Shown: positions 31,601 through 41,014 of the stretch, piece after piece
Layout of the letters: each line of letters starts with the position of its first letter
Numbering within the stretch: the stretch's first letter is position 1
DNA from: Candidatus Gorgyraea atricola
Lineage (GTDB): Bacteria > Omnitrophota > Gorgyraeia > Gorgyraeales > Gorgyraeaceae
Reading direction: 5' to 3'
NCBI GenBank assembly: GCA_030765235.1
Contig: JAVCCW010000021.1
Span: 733-64,732 of the forward strand
DNA length: 64,000 nucleotides
Notes under the pieces: generated by a model
Told to the model about the DNA's origin: nothing
The model's database searches: none
What the model saw: the letters and a program-made list of their open reading frames with translations, nothing else
Made by a program: the position numbers and the translations under genes

Positions 31601-31754
31601 TTCTGAGGATGCAGAGAAAAAAGAAAAATTCAGGCAGATCTCAAACCTTGTGACAGTGCACTCTGACATCTACAGGATCATAGCGACTGGTCAGACATTA
31701 GATAACGGTAAGGTGCTATCAGAAAAAAAGATCTGGGCGGTATTTGAGCGCTGA
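28626..31754 (+). CDS. giant GspK-like minor pseudopilin (1042 aa) with three internal WxW/DGxYY repeat modules and C-terminal helix-hairpin-helix
   Basis: N-terminal pseudopilin-type TM helix without Glu+5; C-terminal ININTAS..L..LPG..E..A..II HhH like GspK. Confidence 0.5.
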   Translation: MMREDKGIALILVVSVLAVAGIMAVSFAFTMRLELKAANNYLEATKASYLAEAGISYAQSVLKEDERGIDSFEDKWYTIFSGADIDNDGDEEMDSKWIYVYNDLDEPVGRYAVLVRDQTSLLNINIATKQNLSPLKTTEGWTPYELDLQKFLASFEIDDSQTSYEEILDFRYGLDGEPGASGVDDNQNQRILVSDGIDNNADGIIDEAGEGIDEPMEFVAGTPYGDDSAFQTPFELAKISSISDKVFKKIYAYITSYSVDKNLDVEGRIRENINFMDAATLAILLEDAGVRDPFQKAVNIMDACDEDFSQSIIVKLYNRIAAVNRGPVGDWTWKSGHYESDISDGESLTVSWTNVPEGEYYIGVFGVEDELVGNVTINDMTQGSVKHGEILRFGAIAFENRILNMEIKNTEESDRCYFSYIELYPRLGQEDFSSVEIRGTEGIRINEIMVKPISTRPVSDGQDPGGDWSWQGSFYQNSEAGGGKPGEGSWKWEDIPDGDYYVRVFAGETGQHVGDLEINGARSRDMVDEDLFGDGRTVTVSGKKLIVRIQNNRSSGSTSFRSIELSQEPDGEYIELVNLTPREVDLGGWSVEGPSKESWPATIPLGTVIGPDEHLALCVDKDDSQSGIDNNDISFLSIWGQERSQELHFFKAVTPESDLLSNDSEPGGNIITLKDPMGHIVDQVEYSVGSVTAYKSLERSDPSYVLDSNSNGVPDNWYLSKAEDGATPGLPNDNDGMEEKIMEGGVVVEIIEHDITEVEVKNKNFSSVGELAFASLGSEEWERVPLEDVSKIADRLTVFGIRLEAEGHIVSGEEGGWGIVQRASPFTDHFESGELDEIGTWRWEEKHGIRDGYYTLRIFGLEEEEIAVSLHLADDTWTSFTPSLSPGPDGSILFGNIEVGTDSDISTPKGILELKVKNLSKTEAAHFDFIRLDPVNFIDGKININTASKKVLSVMPGMDESIAEGIISNRVYGDKNGLRLGIGDLISSSALGSEDAEKKEKFRQISNLVTVHSDIYRIIATGQTLDNGKVLSEKKIWAVFER

Positions 31755-33612
31755 GAAAGTCCTTGCATATTTTGTTTCGAGCATTATACTATATCTATAT
31801 ATTATGAATAACAAAAATAATAGATCTATTTCTATTATAGTAAAGGCCGCTGCGATCTCTATGGCGGTCTTTTTTATTTTTATAGGCACATGCGCCGCGA
31901 GCATCTCTAGTAGTACTAATTATAAATTACACACTGCCATGGCAGATGGCGGCGGAGCAGCTGGTTCGTCAACAGCTTACAGCGCGGAGAATAGCGTTGG
32001 CGCGCCATTGGGTACAGCTGTTGCTACTGGCACGAGCTATAAGATCTATTCAGGGCTTCTTGCCACTACAAACGCCTTACCTGATATTGCTATAACATCT
32101 TACAATGATGGTCTGTTGATAAATGATGATACGCCATCGCTGGAATGGATTTATGAGGACAAGGATACAGATCCTCAGCGCTACTACCAGGTACAGGTTT
32201 CCAAGGATAATTTTGTCACACTTCAAGTAGATTCTGGACTCATTGCATCCAGCGATATTAGTTACACCACGCCGATTCTTTCAACTGATGAAGCTGGTGT
32301 TAGCTACCGCTGGCGCGTAAGAGTAAGCGATGGGTTTGATTATTCAGGCTGGCAGAATGCTACATCTGGCTTTAGGCTTACCACTGCGGCAATGGACGTA
32401 CCTATAATATGGGCAAGGGTATCCGCGGGCGGAGACGATATTCCCGCTAAATTATGGCAGGATTGCGGTACTCCTTATATGTATTGGGATTATCCAGTTA
32501 CAGGCCTGGATGTTGTGGGTTATAGTTATGCATGGGGAAGTATGCCAGATGATCAGCTTGACACAGCAGCCTTTTCTTATCAGACAGAACAGGACTTGCT
32601 CTCTGACGGAGTCAGGGTCTTTAATCTTACAGCGCAGAATACAGGTGGTAATTGGAGCGATATGGCCTCTTTTGAGATATGGATAGATAGAGGAGATCCT
32701 AGCGTAGGCGCATATTCTCCAGCCAGTGGCACTACTATATCTACAGACGTGCCTATGATTTCAATAAACGCTTCAGATGAATATAGCGGCATAAACCCGG
32801 ATGCCATAGACATGACAATAAATAGATCAAGCGTTGGCGCGACCTATGACGAAGGCGCGCAATCAATTGTGTATATACCATCTGTTCCTTTAAGTGAGGG
32901 CGACAATACTATATCAGTTGAGGTAAGCGATTTTGTCGGAAACACAAGCTCGCCTTTGATCTGGAGTTTTGTAGTAGATACAGAGGGCCCATCAGGTTCG
33001 ATTATCATTAATAATCAGGATGCTGTTACAAACTCCATCTATGTAAACCTTGTGTTGAGCGCGAGCGATTCCACAACAGATGTCCTGAGTATGTCTATTT
33101 CCAATGATGGTGTCTTTGATACAGAGACATGGGAGGTATTCTCGACGAGAAAAGATAACTGGACGCTTCCTGCCATAAGCGGCACCCGCAAGGTCTATGT
33201 GAAGTTCAAGGATACTGCAGGAAATGAATCAGAGATATTAAGCGATACCATAGAGCTTATAATCATAGCGCCTGACACCATAATAACAAGCGGTCCGAGC
33301 CTCTTGACCAAATCTACCACTGCGCTCTTTACCTTCAAGTCCACTATAGACAGCTGTGTCTTTAGGTGGAAGTTTAATGATGAGGAATGGTCAGAGTGGA
33401 GCACTGAGAACTCTGTCACCAGGGAAGAACTGTCCCAGGGCAATCACTACTTTAAGGTACAATCTGCCAAGGACGTAAACAATAATACCGAGATCGATGC
33501 AGACGAGATGGATCCTGTACCAGAAGAACGCACCTGGACCATAAGCGAAACCGGCGTTGTAAAACCCGACCTACCCACCAAAAAACCCTTCAAATTCTGG
33601 AAAAAAGAATAA
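31744..33612 (+). CDS. secreted/surface protein with fibronectin-III/Ig-like repeats (start possibly 31804)
   Basis: signal peptide, Thr/Ser-rich beta-sandwich-like repeats. Confidence 0.4.
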   Translation: MSAEKVLAYFVSSIILYLYIMNNKNNRSISIIVKAAAISMAVFFIFIGTCAASISSSTNYKLHTAMADGGGAAGSSTAYSAENSVGAPLGTAVATGTSYKIYSGLLATTNALPDIAITSYNDGLLINDDTPSLEWIYEDKDTDPQRYYQVQVSKDNFVTLQVDSGLIASSDISYTTPILSTDEAGVSYRWRVRVSDGFDYSGWQNATSGFRLTTAAMDVPIIWARVSAGGDDIPAKLWQDCGTPYMYWDYPVTGLDVVGYSYAWGSMPDDQLDTAAFSYQTEQDLLSDGVRVFNLTAQNTGGNWSDMASFEIWIDRGDPSVGAYSPASGTTISTDVPMISINASDEYSGINPDAIDMTINRSSVGATYDEGAQSIVYIPSVPLSEGDNTISVEVSDFVGNTSSPLIWSFVVDTEGPSGSIIINNQDAVTNSIYVNLVLSASDSTTDVLSMSISNDGVFDTETWEVFSTRKDNWTLPAISGTRKVYVKFKDTAGNESEILSDTIELIIIAPDTIITSGPSLLTKSTTALFTFKSTIDSCVFRWKFNDEEWSEWSTENSVTREELSQGNHYFKVQSAKDVNNNTEIDADEMDPVPEERTWTISETGVVKPDLPTKKPFKFWKKE

Positions 33613-33638
33613 TCCTAACTCCTTTATTCCCAATAACT

Positions 33639-33669
33639 TCCTTGTCCCTTGTCCCTTGTCCCTTGTCCC
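33639..33669. repeat. (CTTGTCC)x4 tandem heptamer, reverse complement of the GGGACAAG family
   Basis: seen in sequence. Confidence 0.8.
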
Positions 33670-33685
33670 TTTTTCTCCCCCTACC

Positions 33686-33714
33686 TTGACAAATACTATC
33701 TGGTAGTATATAGT
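33686..33714 (+). promoter_or_regulatory. consensus-like promoter TTGACA-17-TATAGT for the pilus operon
   Basis: seen in sequence. Confidence 0.55.
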
Positions 33715-33723
33715 TGTATCACC

Positions 33724-33745
33724 CCCTATCAGACATATGATAGGG
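33724..33745. promoter_or_regulatory. operator-like palindrome CCCTATCA-gacata-TGATAGGG just downstream of -10
   Basis: seen in sequence. Confidence 0.45.
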
Positions 33746-33757
33746 TTTTTGTGTCAA

Positions 33758-33923
33758 GTGAGGACACGATTTACGAAAATCAAAGATTTTCGTAAATCGT
33801 TTGTCCGAACTTGACCCCCACACCAATTTCTAAGCATACCAAAAGATGTCTGCTTAAATTGGTGTGGGGGTTTAATTCGCACAGCAACTTATGTTCACTT
33901 CGTTCCATAAGTTGCGTGCTCAT
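33758..33923 (+). mobile_element. MITE-like composite element copy A: hairpin + CCCCCACACCAATT / AATTGGTGTGGGGG inverted repeats with a short loop, then AATTCGCAC-hairpin-GTGCTCAT abutting the start codon
   Basis: shares all modules with copies at 49556-49977 and 50970-51156; partial copy at 1813-1889. Confidence 0.6.
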
Positions 33924-33931
33924 TAAAGGAC

Positions 33932-34126
33932 ATGATTATGAATAAGGAAAAATACTATTCAGCGACAGAGGCTGCTGAGTTTCTGGGCATATCAAAGCAG
34001 ACATTGATTCGCTATGAGAATAAGAAGGTATTCCCTAAGCCTAAGCGTAATGCTGTAAATGGATGGCGGGAGTATACTGAGGATGAGATCAGGCGTCTTA
34101 AGACCATAATGGGAAGGGAACGCTGA
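33932..34126 (+). CDS. small HTH DNA-binding protein (MerR/excisionase-type)
   Basis: SATEAAEFLGISKQTLIRYE helix-turn-helix. Confidence 0.55.
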   Translation: MIMNKEKYYSATEAAEFLGISKQTLIRYENKKVFPKPKRNAVNGWREYTEDEIRRLKTIMGRER

Positions 34127-35652
34127 TGGTTAAGCTGGCCAATACCTCAATAGGGTTGGATATCGGCACTCGCTTTATAAAGCTCGTTGAGCTTAAGAGG
34201 GCCAAAGACAACACTATTCTCCTGAATAAATTTGGCGTAAAGGAGATCCCAAAAGACCTTAAGATGGACAGGGATAAGGTGATCCTTCAGCTGATATCAC
34301 AGCTATTTTCTGAGAACAATATAAAGTTGCGCAATGTAAATATAGCTGCAGGCGGCCAGTCAGTCTTTGTGAGATTCGTGAAGCTTTTGCAGACAAAAGA
34401 GGACAAGCTCAAGCAAACAATGAAGTTCGAGGCGCAGAATCAAATACCATTTCCCCTGAACGAAGTGGCATGGGATTGGTCGCTGCTGGATAAAGACAAG
34501 AAGGCCACTAAAAAAGCAGTAATAGTGGCGATAAAAAAGAACCTGATAAATGATATGATCGCGAAATTAAAGAGCATAAAATTAGCTACTAACCTCATAG
34601 ATGTATCGCCCATAGCCCTTTATAATTGTATGAGTTTTAATGAGGATTATGAGGAGGCTAAGCTCGGCGCCATATTAGACATAGGTGAGCGCTCGAGTAA
34701 CCTGATCATCTTTAAACAGGGAAACATATGGATAAGGAGTTTTCCAATAGCAGGCGAGAGAATAACAGAGGCAAAAGAGCAGGGCATAGAGGAACTTATA
34801 GGAGAGATAGAACGCTCAATAGAATATTATTTTATGCAGAGCGGCGAAGAATCAGCTACAAAGAAGCTTAATGAACTTATCCTTACAGGAGGCGGTTCGC
34901 TGATCCAGGACCTTGTTGCCGCGATCTCTGCTAAGTTTGACATGGCCCCGAAAATACTTGATCCATTCAGGAAATTGCAGATAGATAAAAGTGCATTTTC
35001 CAATACAGAGTCGCAAGGTATTAAAAACCAGCTTGCCGTGGCTATTGGCCTTGGCTTAAGAGGTATGACAGGATTAAAGATAGAGGTAAACTTTCTGAAA
35101 GAGATACTTTTGGAGACTCAGCTTCTTGGCCAGAAGGGCCTATATTCAAAACTTTCAATGGCCATGACAGCAGTTATCATAGTAAGCTTTTCAATGTTTA
35201 TGAGACAGGACTATTCTGTAAAGAGGGCTAAGCTCGGCAAGATAGATGAGATGCTCGAACTTTACAGGACCTATGAGCCAAAGATAAAAAAGATGCAGGA
35301 TAAAGAGGATATATTAAAGGAAAAAATAGATGTCTTGCACCAGACAGCTTCATCAAGGGCTGTCTGGCTCGATTGCCTGAAGATAATCTCTGACATCCAG
35401 CCAAAGGAGCTTTGGGTTACAGATGTCTCAGGCATAGTCTCATTGGAGAAGAGCGGGCTTGCGAGATTGGATATGAGCGGTAAGGCTGCCTCGTACCAGT
35501 CAGTGACGAATTTTGTCTCGAGCCTAAAGTCTTCACCGATATTTATGGATGTAAAACCTATTTCTTCTTCTATAGAGACAGATGAGACAACACTCGAGGA
35601 AGTAGTGAAGTTTTCAATAACAATGGACGTAGTAGTGACGGAGAACGAGTGA
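34126..35652 (+). CDS. pilM: type IV pilus assembly PilM (actin-like ATPase fold) fused to PilN-like TM/periplasmic domain
   Basis: PilM-like N-terminus, TM helix near residue 350, PilN-like C-terminus. Confidence 0.7.
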   Translation: MVKLANTSIGLDIGTRFIKLVELKRAKDNTILLNKFGVKEIPKDLKMDRDKVILQLISQLFSENNIKLRNVNIAAGGQSVFVRFVKLLQTKEDKLKQTMKFEAQNQIPFPLNEVAWDWSLLDKDKKATKKAVIVAIKKNLINDMIAKLKSIKLATNLIDVSPIALYNCMSFNEDYEEAKLGAILDIGERSSNLIIFKQGNIWIRSFPIAGERITEAKEQGIEELIGEIERSIEYYFMQSGEESATKKLNELILTGGGSLIQDLVAAISAKFDMAPKILDPFRKLQIDKSAFSNTESQGIKNQLAVAIGLGLRGMTGLKIEVNFLKEILLETQLLGQKGLYSKLSMAMTAVIIVSFSMFMRQDYSVKRAKLGKIDEMLELYRTYEPKIKKMQDKEDILKEKIDVLHQTASSRAVWLDCLKIISDIQPKELWVTDVSGIVSLEKSGLARLDMSGKAASYQSVTNFVSSLKSSPIFMDVKPISSSIETDETTLEEVVKFSITMDVVVTENE

Positions 35653-36413
35653 TGTTAAAGACGCAGAAAGAAAAGACAATATTGAAGCAGGGCTTGATAG
35701 CGCTTGGCGCGATAGTGCTTATTTATATATTTGTGCTAAGTCCTTTTCTTGGAGATGGAAGCTCTATACTCGATGATGAGCTGGACCGGAAAGGCACAGA
35801 TATAAAAAAGTATATTGCCCGCACAGGGTCGCTCCCATCCAAAGAGAGTTTTAAAAAATTAGAGACCCAGACCCTTGAACTGGAAGAAAAGTTTACAGAA
35901 ATCATGGATTTTATAGATCCTGAAAAGACCAGAATAGCCCAGTCCACTACAGAGGCAGGCCTCTATTTCATAGATAAGCTGCACTCTTCAATGAAGAAGT
36001 TTTCAGATACTGCTGACGCAAAAAGCATAAGCCTTCCGGAAAATCTGGGTTTTGGCGACGGACTCCCAAAGGAACGCATGGTGGACACACTTCTCAGGCA
36101 ACTGGAGACAGTGGAGATGGTGACAGGTATATTATTAGAGAATGATACAACAGAATTTACGGCTATAAAACCGTTAAGGTCCATAGATTATATAGAATCG
36201 TTGAGTAAAGAAGTCCTTTACTCAGAGATACCCGTTCAGATCTCAGTGAAGATAGATACCGAGGCCCTTATATCTCTTTTGCTGGAACTTAAAAACGCGA
36301 GTCCTGTAGTCTCAGTAAAAGAGATGCATATAAAAAGCGGGGATCTTGATAATGGCAAGATAGAGGTAAGTCTCGTAATGAGTACATTTAATATAGCGCG
36401 AGCGACAGAATGA
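35649..36413 (+). CDS. PilO-like pilus assembly protein
   Basis: N-terminal TM, coiled coil, operon position. Confidence 0.5.
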   Translation: MMLKTQKEKTILKQGLIALGAIVLIYIFVLSPFLGDGSSILDDELDRKGTDIKKYIARTGSLPSKESFKKLETQTLELEEKFTEIMDFIDPEKTRIAQSTTEAGLYFIDKLHSSMKKFSDTADAKSISLPENLGFGDGLPKERMVDTLLRQLETVEMVTGILLENDTTEFTAIKPLRSIDYIESLSKEVLYSEIPVQISVKIDTEALISLLLELKNASPVVSVKEMHIKSGDLDNGKIEVSLVMSTFNIARATE

Positions 36414-36985
36414 TAATAAAAGAGAAGATAATATTTTTGTTGCTCTTGGTAGTTTCTATCGTGATATTGATCTTTGGGTTTGGGTCGCAGGGCAAGAAAA
36501 AAGAGGCGACAAGGGAATTGATGAAGGATATTGAGCTCGCGACCAAGAAGAGCAAGGCAAAGAAAAAGGCCGAGCTAAAAGACAGATGGGATTTTAGCGC
36601 GATAAAGGCATTCGATAAACTGACTGCCTATAACGTTCTTTTAAAACGCAGCCCTTTTTTCAAGGTCATGACTGAAGGCGGGGTTAAAAAGGCGGAACCT
36701 ATTGCTGTGAAGGTAGAGAAGAAAGAGCCGATCTTCAAATATAAGGGCAAAGTGACAATGGGCTCAAAGATAATGGTTGTTATTGAAGACCAGGGCACAG
36801 GCAAAAGTTTTTTTGCTAAAGAAGGGGACATGGTAGGCGATTTCCTGGTCTCGAGCATAGATGAGAAAGAAGTCGTTCTTAAAAAAAGAGGCGGGGAAGA
36901 ACTTGTATTGAGCGCTGCTAAAAAAGAAAAGAAAGTCAAGAAAGAGAAGAAAGAAGAGAAAGGCCTTAAAGATGAAGAAAAATAA
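36410..36985 (+). CDS. PilP-like / pilus assembly lipoprotein (Lys-rich)
   Basis: operon position only. Confidence 0.3.
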   Translation: MIIKEKIIFLLLLVVSIVILIFGFGSQGKKKEATRELMKDIELATKKSKAKKKAELKDRWDFSAIKAFDKLTAYNVLLKRSPFFKVMTEGGVKKAEPIAVKVEKKEPIFKYKGKVTMGSKIMVVIEDQGTGKSFFAKEGDMVGDFLVSSIDEKEVVLKKRGGEELVLSAAKKEKKVKKEKKEEKGLKDEEK

Positions 36986-39515
36986 AGGTTATATACTTAT
37001 AATACTGCCTTTGGTGTTTTCTCTCCTTCTATGTAGCAGCGCATCCGGATTTTCCAATGGCAGGACCATGGTGGCCTCAAAGGTCGATCTGAGGAGATAT
37101 TTTGAAAAGGCAATGTCTTTATTTGAAAGCGGTAAATACAGAGAGTCTGTCATTGTATTCGAAAACCTCATAGAGATAGAGACCTCTCAGAAAGAGTCTT
37201 ATTTTACGCCTTTTGCAGAAATATACATCGATAAATCCAGGGCCAGGATGAAGGAATTAATGATGCTGGAGGACAGGAAATGGGCCAAGATGAAAAAACA
37301 GGTCCTGAGCGAGGCAGAGAAAATAGCCCAGGATGAATTAGACCAGATTGCAAAAAAGGAAGAAAAGAGGTTATTGGAGGAAGAGCAGAGGATTTTGCGC
37401 GAAGAAGAAACAAGGAGAAGGCGAGCTCAACAGGCTCAGAGGAAAAAGATAGATGCGTTAGGGCAGAACGCGAGAGAGACTTACGAGCAGGCCTTGGCTT
37501 ATTATAGAAAAGGAAACTACCCCATGGCTATCGTGGAGTTTAAAAAGATAAAGGAGTCGGACCCTGAAAATAGGCTGGTTTCGCAGGCAGATTCTTTTAT
37601 AGGTAAGGCGCAGGGCCAGATAAAGGCGCAGGAGGAGAGAGAGCTTTTAGCAAGGATGGAGGCTGCGAGGCGCGCAAAGATCGAGATGGAACTGGAGGCG
37701 CGGCAAAAACAGATAGAAGAGGAGCGTCGCGAGAGGGAACGCGCGAGAAAAGAAAGAGAGAAAGAAAGACTTAGAAAGATATTTGAGGCCAGGCTCAAGG
37801 CAAAAGAGATAAGAGACAGGATCGTGAGGATAGAAGGTTTGACAGATGATATAAGAAGAAAGGTAAAAGAGAATAGATTTAACGAGGCAGAGGTTCTTTT
37901 AAATATAGCCATGGCAGAGTTTCCTGAGAATGAAAGATTCAAAGACATGTCTCACTATGTCGAGAAGCAGAAGATCAAGAGACAGGAAGATGCCTTGAAA
38001 AGGGCAAGGGAGATCGTAGAAGAAAATATGCTTTTAGAGGTGGCTAAAAAACACCTGCTCCCTGAAGAAAAATACGGCACTCTGGAGAAAAAGAAAGAAA
38101 TAATGCATCTTGTCAAAGTCCCTAAGATAAGAAAACGCTTGAAGATACCCATCAGTGTTGATTTTAAGGATGTAGAGCTGGATTATGTCCTGAGTTTTCT
38201 ATCTGACGCAACAGGTGTCAATATAATACCATCTGGCGAAATAGACATGGAGGAGAAGCTTGTTACCATAAAGATCAGGGATATGCCGCTCGAGGACGCA
38301 CTAAAATATATCCTGAAATCGCAGGAGCTTGTCTACAGGATAGAAGAGGACGCTGTATGGGTAACAACAGAGGAAGAACTCGATAACGAACAGATAGAGA
38401 CGCGGGTATATTTTTTGGAAGAGGGCGTTGGCAGGTTTGCGGACTTTGAAGGGACCTTTGATTCTGAAAGCGGCACCTCTTCCGCCTCCACAGAAGTAAA
38501 GACAGTAAAGGATGTGCTTGAAAATGCTGTGGATTGGCCAAAGGATTCAAAGCTGACCATGGATGATCGCACAGGCGCGCTTATAATAAGCAATATCCCT
38601 TCAAATCTCGAGGTCGTTGAAAATCTGATCTATAATCTCGATGTCACTCCAGTGCAGGTCCTGGTCGAGGCAAAGTTTCTGGAAGTAAAGATCACTGATA
38701 CAGAGGAGCTGGGTGTCGAGTGGAAGCTGAATAGTGATTGGGGGACCAAGCAGAATCAATCGAAACAGAACCTGCATGGTTTTGCATCCAATAGCGGAGT
38801 GGATTTTTCTGATTTTGCTAATGCAGATTATGGTTTTAATCTTACATATCAGGGCATATTGAGTCACCCGCAGTTTCAGGCAATACTTCACGCATTCCAG
38901 CAAAAGCAGAATGTAAAAACACTTTCTGCGCCCAGGATAACCACTTTAAATAATCAGACAGCTACTATAGAGGTCATAGATGAATATATATATCCCACGA
39001 GATATGAGGTGAGTTTAGTGCAGTATGACATAAACGGAGACGGAGATTTTGACGATGCAGGAGAGACAGAATGGGCAAACATACCTCAGGATTTTGTGAC
39101 CAGGGATGTGGGTATACTCCTGCATGTCAAGCCGAGCGTAGGCGTGGACAATAAGACCATCACACTTGCCTTGACACCAGAAGTGAGTGAGCAGGATTCC
39201 AGTACATCGGCGTATTCATATTCAGGAGGTGTTTCAATACCTAACTTTAAGACCAGGAATCTAAGCACAAGTGTTATTATTGAAACTGGCGAGACAGTTG
39301 TGATGGGCGGGCTGATAAGCGAATCAAACACAAACACAAAGACCAAGGTGCCTTTTCTTGGCGATCTGCCTATAGTAGGGGGACTCTTCAGAAAGAATTC
39401 CGAGGGTGTTGAGCGCAGGAATCTCTTGATATTTGTCACTGCGACTATTTTAGATGATAGTGAGAGGGTAATGGTAAATGTCCCTGAGACTGAACCAATA
39501 AGGCGAGAGCAATGA
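36972..39515 (+). CDS. secretin (PilQ/GspD family) with about 330-aa E/R/K-rich coiled-coil N-terminal extension
   Basis: secretin C-domain NLLIFVTATIL..., N-domains; paralogous to next gene. Confidence 0.8.
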   Translation: MKKNKGYILIILPLVFSLLLCSSASGFSNGRTMVASKVDLRRYFEKAMSLFESGKYRESVIVFENLIEIETSQKESYFTPFAEIYIDKSRARMKELMMLEDRKWAKMKKQVLSEAEKIAQDELDQIAKKEEKRLLEEEQRILREEETRRRRAQQAQRKKIDALGQNARETYEQALAYYRKGNYPMAIVEFKKIKESDPENRLVSQADSFIGKAQGQIKAQEERELLARMEAARRAKIEMELEARQKQIEEERRERERARKEREKERLRKIFEARLKAKEIRDRIVRIEGLTDDIRRKVKENRFNEAEVLLNIAMAEFPENERFKDMSHYVEKQKIKRQEDALKRAREIVEENMLLEVAKKHLLPEEKYGTLEKKKEIMHLVKVPKIRKRLKIPISVDFKDVELDYVLSFLSDATGVNIIPSGEIDMEEKLVTIKIRDMPLEDALKYILKSQELVYRIEEDAVWVTTEEELDNEQIETRVYFLEEGVGRFADFEGTFDSESGTSSASTEVKTVKDVLENAVDWPKDSKLTMDDRTGALIISNIPSNLEVVENLIYNLDVTPVQVLVEAKFLEVKITDTEELGVEWKLNSDWGTKQNQSKQNLHGFASNSGVDFSDFANADYGFNLTYQGILSHPQFQAILHAFQQKQNVKTLSAPRITTLNNQTATIEVIDEYIYPTRYEVSLVQYDINGDGDFDDAGETEWANIPQDFVTRDVGILLHVKPSVGVDNKTITLALTPEVSEQDSSTSAYSYSGGVSIPNFKTRNLSTSVIIETGETVVMGGLISESNTNTKTKVPFLGDLPIVGGLFRKNSEGVERRNLLIFVTATILDDSERVMVNVPETEPIRREQ

Positions 39516-41014
39516 TAAAGAGAATTCTTATATATTTATTTATTGGGTTGCTTATTTTGCCAGGGACTATTTTTGCCTACGAGGTTCACTCTTTAAGGGA
39601 TAGCGATGATGTTGAAAAATATTCTATCGTAGATGTCCCTGAGATAAGAGAAAAACTCCAGACTCTCATAACAGTGGATTTCAGGGATGTGAGTCTTGAT
39701 TATGTGCTGGATTTTCTATCAGAGGCTACAGGCGTAAATATAATCGCGGGCCCGAGTGTTGAGCCTGAGGATAAGAAAGTAACTATCAGGGTAAAGGATA
39801 TGGCGTTAGATGGTCTTTTAAAATATATCTTCAGGAATCAGGGCCTTGTTTACAGGATAGAGAAGAACGCGGTATGGGTGGATACATTTGATGCTATGGA
39901 GGAAGAGACATTAGAGACAAGGATCTACTATCTGGATCAGGGCCTTGCCATGTTCACGGAGTTTAGCGGCAAGACAGCCAGTTCAACAGGAGAAGGTTTT
40001 GGAGGCGCAGCAGGCATATCCAATGTCAGTACCATAAAGGATGTGCTTGAGGATGCAGTGGTCTGGCCAAGTGATTCCAAGATAAATTTAGATGAGCGCA
40101 CAGGCGCGCTTATTGTGACCAATAGCCCATCGAATCTAAAGATCGTAGAAGATATACTTTATAATCTAGACATTGATGCAACGCAGATCTTGATAGAGAC
40201 AAGATTCGTTGAAATAAATGTTACAGACCTGAGCGAGTTAGGCGTAAATCTTAGCCTGGACAGCCCTTTTGCCATCTATAAAGATGCAGGTGTGCCAGTA
40301 AACCAGATCTCCAGCGGAAGCGGTTCAGATTTTTCACCATTTACTGGAGCGCCCAATGAAGGGCTTAATCTCACCTATCAGGGCATGCTGACAAAGCCGC
40401 AGTTCTCAGCAGTACTGCACGCGCTTGAGAGGACAACTAAATTAAAAACACTTTCCGCGCCAAAGATTACTACCTTAAATAATCAGACTGCGACTATAGA
40501 AATAGTAAATGAGTTTGTATATCCCACGAGATATGAACCGACTTTAATAAAACAGGATTTAGACGGAGATGGAAAATATCTCAGCACAGTAGATGGTGTA
40601 AACGAAACAAGATTTGTAAATGTAGCACAGGGTTTTGAGACAAGGGATATAGGTATATTACTTCAGGTAACGCCAAATGTGGGAAGCAACAAGGAGACCA
40701 TTACATTGACATTAAGGCCTGAGGTGAGTGAGGCGACCCGGGATGCATTTGTATTCAGCGGAGAAGTCAGCCTACCTAAATTCACCACAAGGAATCTTAC
40801 CACGAATGTAATGGTAAAAAACGGCGAGACCATAATGCTTGGCGGTTTAATAAAAGAGACCAGGACTAATACGCGCACAAAGACACCTTTTTTAGGGGAT
40901 CTGCCTTTGCTGGGTGTATTATTCAGAAAAGACTCGGATAGCGTTGAGCGAAAGAATCTCTTGATATTCGTGACCGCCAGCATCCTGAGCCAGAGCGGGG
41001 AGAAACTACGATGA
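39512..41014 (+). CDS. second secretin paralog (500 aa), translationally coupled
   Basis: collinear similarity to previous gene (VDF.DV.LDYVL.FLS.ATGVNII..., NLLIFVTASIL). Confidence 0.8.
   Translation: MIKRILIYLFIGLLILPGTIFAYEVHSLRDSDDVEKYSIVDVPEIREKLQTLITVDFRDVSLDYVLDFLSEATGVNIIAGPSVEPEDKKVTIRVKDMALDGLLKYIFRNQGLVYRIEKNAVWVDTFDAMEEETLETRIYYLDQGLAMFTEFSGKTASSTGEGFGGAAGISNVSTIKDVLEDAVVWPSDSKINLDERTGALIVTNSPSNLKIVEDILYNLDIDATQILIETRFVEINVTDLSELGVNLSLDSPFAIYKDAGVPVNQISSGSGSDFSPFTGAPNEGLNLTYQGMLTKPQFSAVLHALERTTKLKTLSAPKITTLNNQTATIEIVNEFVYPTRYEPTLIKQDLDGDGKYLSTVDGVNETRFVNVAQGFETRDIGILLQVTPNVGSNKETITLTLRPEVSEATRDAFVFSGEVSLPKFTTRNLTTNVMVKNGETIMLGGLIKETRTNTRTKTPFLGDLPLLGVLFRKDSDSVERKNLLIFVTASILSQSGEKLR

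Noticed and set aside
19303-33669. GGGACAAG/CTTGTCC arrays as a possible CRISPR array
   Set aside because: The units are contiguous 7-8-mers with no unique spacers of regular length and no cas genes. They behave as palindromic or simple repeats.
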